Positions 28,777 through 30,881 of a stretch of 30,881 nucleotides of DNA are shown here, piece after piece. The translations under genes and the position numbers were made by a program. Source of the stretch: Candidatus Zixiibacteriota bacterium (GTDB lineage Bacteria > Zixibacteria > MSB-5A5 > WJJR01); contig JAVHPP010000140.1 in the NCBI GenBank assembly GCA_036170655.1, positions 1 through 30,881 of the forward strand, written 5' to 3'. The notes under the pieces are model-generated. The model was not told where the DNA came from. It was given only the letters and a program-made list of their open reading frames with translations, and did not search any database. Numbering within the stretch: position 1 is the first letter of the stretch; the number at the start of each line of letters is the position of its first letter.

Positions 28777-30147
28777 CTACTCTTTGCCGTCCAATAACTT
28801 GCGCGCTTCATGCAGCAAATTGTCAGCCGTGTTCTGTGCCGGATCGTCCAAGACAATCTCCAAGAGATGGGAAAGGATCGCGCCGATCTTCGGACCGGGC
28901 GAGAGACCGAGTTGCTGGATGAGATCGTGGCCATTGATGGCCAGGTCTTTCAAGCCGAATGGCGACTTCTTATTGATCTCGCCGGTGATCCGTTGCTGGA
29001 GTTCATCGACGTCATCGGTATGGCCGCCTTTACCTTGGGCGATGACATCAGCACGTCGCAGGTCCAGGAGTTCGTAGATGAGCTCAGGCCCGAGCCAGCG
29101 AATCAAGCGACGCACGCCCTTGTCGGTCACGCCTGTGGTGAACATGTGCCTGTCCACGAGAAGCGATACATCGTCGGCGAGGTCGTTGGGATATCGCAGG
29201 CGGCGCAGCAGCCGACGCGCGGTGCGGGCGCCTATCTTTTCGTGTCCGTAAAACGTGGCCTTGTCCCCCTCGACCTGTTTGCATTGCGGCTTGTTGATGT
29301 CGTGGAGCAAGGCCGCCCAGCGCAGACGCAGCGTCGGCGGCGCGGCATCAAGCGTGTGGAGAGAGTGCTCAAAAACGGGATAGGCGTGGTAGCCGCCCGG
29401 CTGGTCGACGCCGACCGTCTCTTCCAGTTCCGGGATCAGAATCTTCAATGCTCCCAGTTCCTGAAGAAGTTTGAACCCGGCCGACGGTTTGGCAGACAGC
29501 GTCAGGAGTTTCGTGAGTTCCTCGGCCACGCGTTCCATGCTGACGGTCGCGACCAAGGGCACGGCCTCTCGCATCGCTTCTTTCGTCGCCGGATCGAGGG
29601 ACAACTCGAAGCGCGCCAGAAATTGGGCGCCGCGCAGAATCCGGAGCGGATCGTCGCGGAAGGCGTTGGGAAAAACCATGCGCAGACGGCGCTGCTTAAG
29701 ATCGGTCTGCCCTCCGGCGGGATCGGCCAGTTCACGCGTGGCGCAGTTTTCCGCGATCGCGTTGATGGTAAAGTCGCGCCGCAGAAGATCGCGCTCGACC
29801 GGCAACTGGGGATCGAAGTCGACGTCAAAATCGGTATGCGCCACACCCGTGGAGCGTTCGGAACGTGGCAGGGCGATGTCATACGTGACCGTGCCCTCTC
29901 CCCCGCTGGTCTCGGGAGTGAATTTGATGACGCCAAACGATTTCCCCACGAGACTGACTGCCCCGTGACGGCGCAGAATCTGTTGGAGCTTCTCGATGGG
30001 GATTAGACGCACCAGAAAATCCGTGTCTTTGCCAGCAACAGAAAAACCGAGAAGCCGGTCGCGCACCGGGCCGCCGACGAGGTAGACTTCGCCTGAGTGG
30101 AGAAGGTCTCGCAGCCAGGCGGGGTGATCTGTTCGTGTCGTGGTCAT
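28777..30147 (-). CDS. cca: Class II tRNA nucleotidyltransferase (CCA-adding/PAP family) with HD domain
   Basis: YLVGGPVRD..KDTD, DLLRRDFTINAIA, DDPLRILR, ERVAEEL, LLHDINKP, FYGHE. Start ATG 30147. Confidence 0.88.
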   Translation of the reverse strand: MTTTRTDHPAWLRDLLHSGEVYLVGGPVRDRLLGFSVAGKDTDFLVRLIPIEKLQQILRRHGAVSLVGKSFGVIKFTPETSGGEGTVTYDIALPRSERSTGVAHTDFDVDFDPQLPVERDLLRRDFTINAIAENCATRELADPAGGQTDLKQRRLRMVFPNAFRDDPLRILRGAQFLARFELSLDPATKEAMREAVPLVATVSMERVAEELTKLLTLSAKPSAGFKLLQELGALKILIPELEETVGVDQPGGYHAYPVFEHSLHTLDAAPPTLRLRWAALLHDINKPQCKQVEGDKATFYGHEKIGARTARRLLRRLRYPNDLADDVSLLVDRHMFTTGVTDKGVRRLIRWLGPELIYELLDLRRADVIAQGKGGHTDDVDELQQRITGEINKKSPFGLKDLAINGHDLIQQLGLSPGPKIGAILSHLLEIVLDDPAQNTADNLLHEARKLLDGKE

Positions 30148-30202
30148 GCCGTCGGAATAAAATACAAGATCGCAAGTGAAAGCACGTCTGGCAAGCGATG
30201 GT

Positions 30203-30881
30203 TCAGTCGGGCCCGATGACGGTGCCCGCCTGCCCGTCGAGGGCGGCGGCGGCCTGCTCGATGGAGGTGATGATGACCTTTTCACCGCCGGATTCGAGGA
30301 AGGTGATGGCGGCTTCGATCTTGGGGCCCATGCTGCCACGGGGGAAGTGGCCTTCGGCATAATATCGTTTTGCATCGGCGACGGACAGTTTCGAGAGCAG
30401 TTGCGCGTTGGGCTTGCCATAATTCAGAGCGATCTGATCGACACCGGTGAGGATGATGAGTATCTGCGCGCCGATTTCGCGGCCAAGGACGGCGGAGGCG
30501 CGATCTTTGTCGACCACGACATCGAGGCCCTCGTAGGTGCCATCGGGTTCGAGGTATACAGGGATGCCGCCGCCGCCGGCCGCAACAACAATCGCCCCGC
30601 CGGCGACCATGGCACGGATGACCGGGCCTTCGACGATCGACTTGGGCGTGGGGGAACCGACGACGCGACGCCAGCCACGGTCGCCATCGCGCTTGACATC
30701 CCAGCCGCGCTCGTGCGCAAAGCGGCGCGCTTCTTCCTCGGTGTAAAACTGGCCGATGAATTTTGACGGGTTGGCCAGGTCGGAATCGTTGCGGTCGACG
30801 AGCACCTGCGTGAGTATGGCCGACACCGGGCGATCGAGGCCTTCACGCAGCAGGCGATTCTGGAGAGATTGCGCGATCATG
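30203..30881 (-). CDS. arcC: Carbamate kinase (5' part outside the window)
   Basis: PSKFIG, GWRRVVGSP, GGGGIPV, DKDRAS, ILTGV, GSMGPKIEAA. Confidence 0.95.
   Translation of the reverse strand, partial: MIAQSLQNRLLREGLDRPVSAILTQVLVDRNDSDLANPSKFIGQFYTEEEARRFAHERGWDVKRDGDRGWRRVVGSPTPKSIVEGPVIRAMVAGGAIVVAAGGGGIPVYLEPDGTYEGLDVVVDKDRASAVLGREIGAQILIILTGVDQIALNYGKPNAQLLSKLSVADAKRYYAEGHFPRGSMGPKIEAAITFLESGGEKVIITSIEQAAAALDGQAGTVIGPD

Overview
GC-rich bacterial chromosomal window, mostly housekeeping genes. It carries an OPT transporter, a DUF59/SufT-like protein, mutL-mutS divergent from miaA, mltD-sppA-HU/IHF-bS22-SPFH, and a long minus-strand run arcC-cca-sucC-sucD-ndk-larA-like-mdh-icd-efp. Three exported proteins have cohesin-like and/or dockerin-like modules, two of them with NYPNPFN (FlgD/T9SS type A-like) C-terminal tails. 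This pattern suggests an FCB-group organism such as a Zixibacteria relative (inference only). The most unusual structure is a ~4 kb integrase-less two-gene cassette (beta-propeller-like protein plus M23 peptidase-dockerin-CTD protein). It is bracketed by a direct duplication of the last 23 codons of mutL, in which every difference is synonymous. The displaced mutL tail abuts a TauE/SafE gene remnant, and TIR-bounded mini-elements carrying REP doublets lie near both ends. No rRNA, tRNA, CRISPR array, integrase or transposase was recognised.
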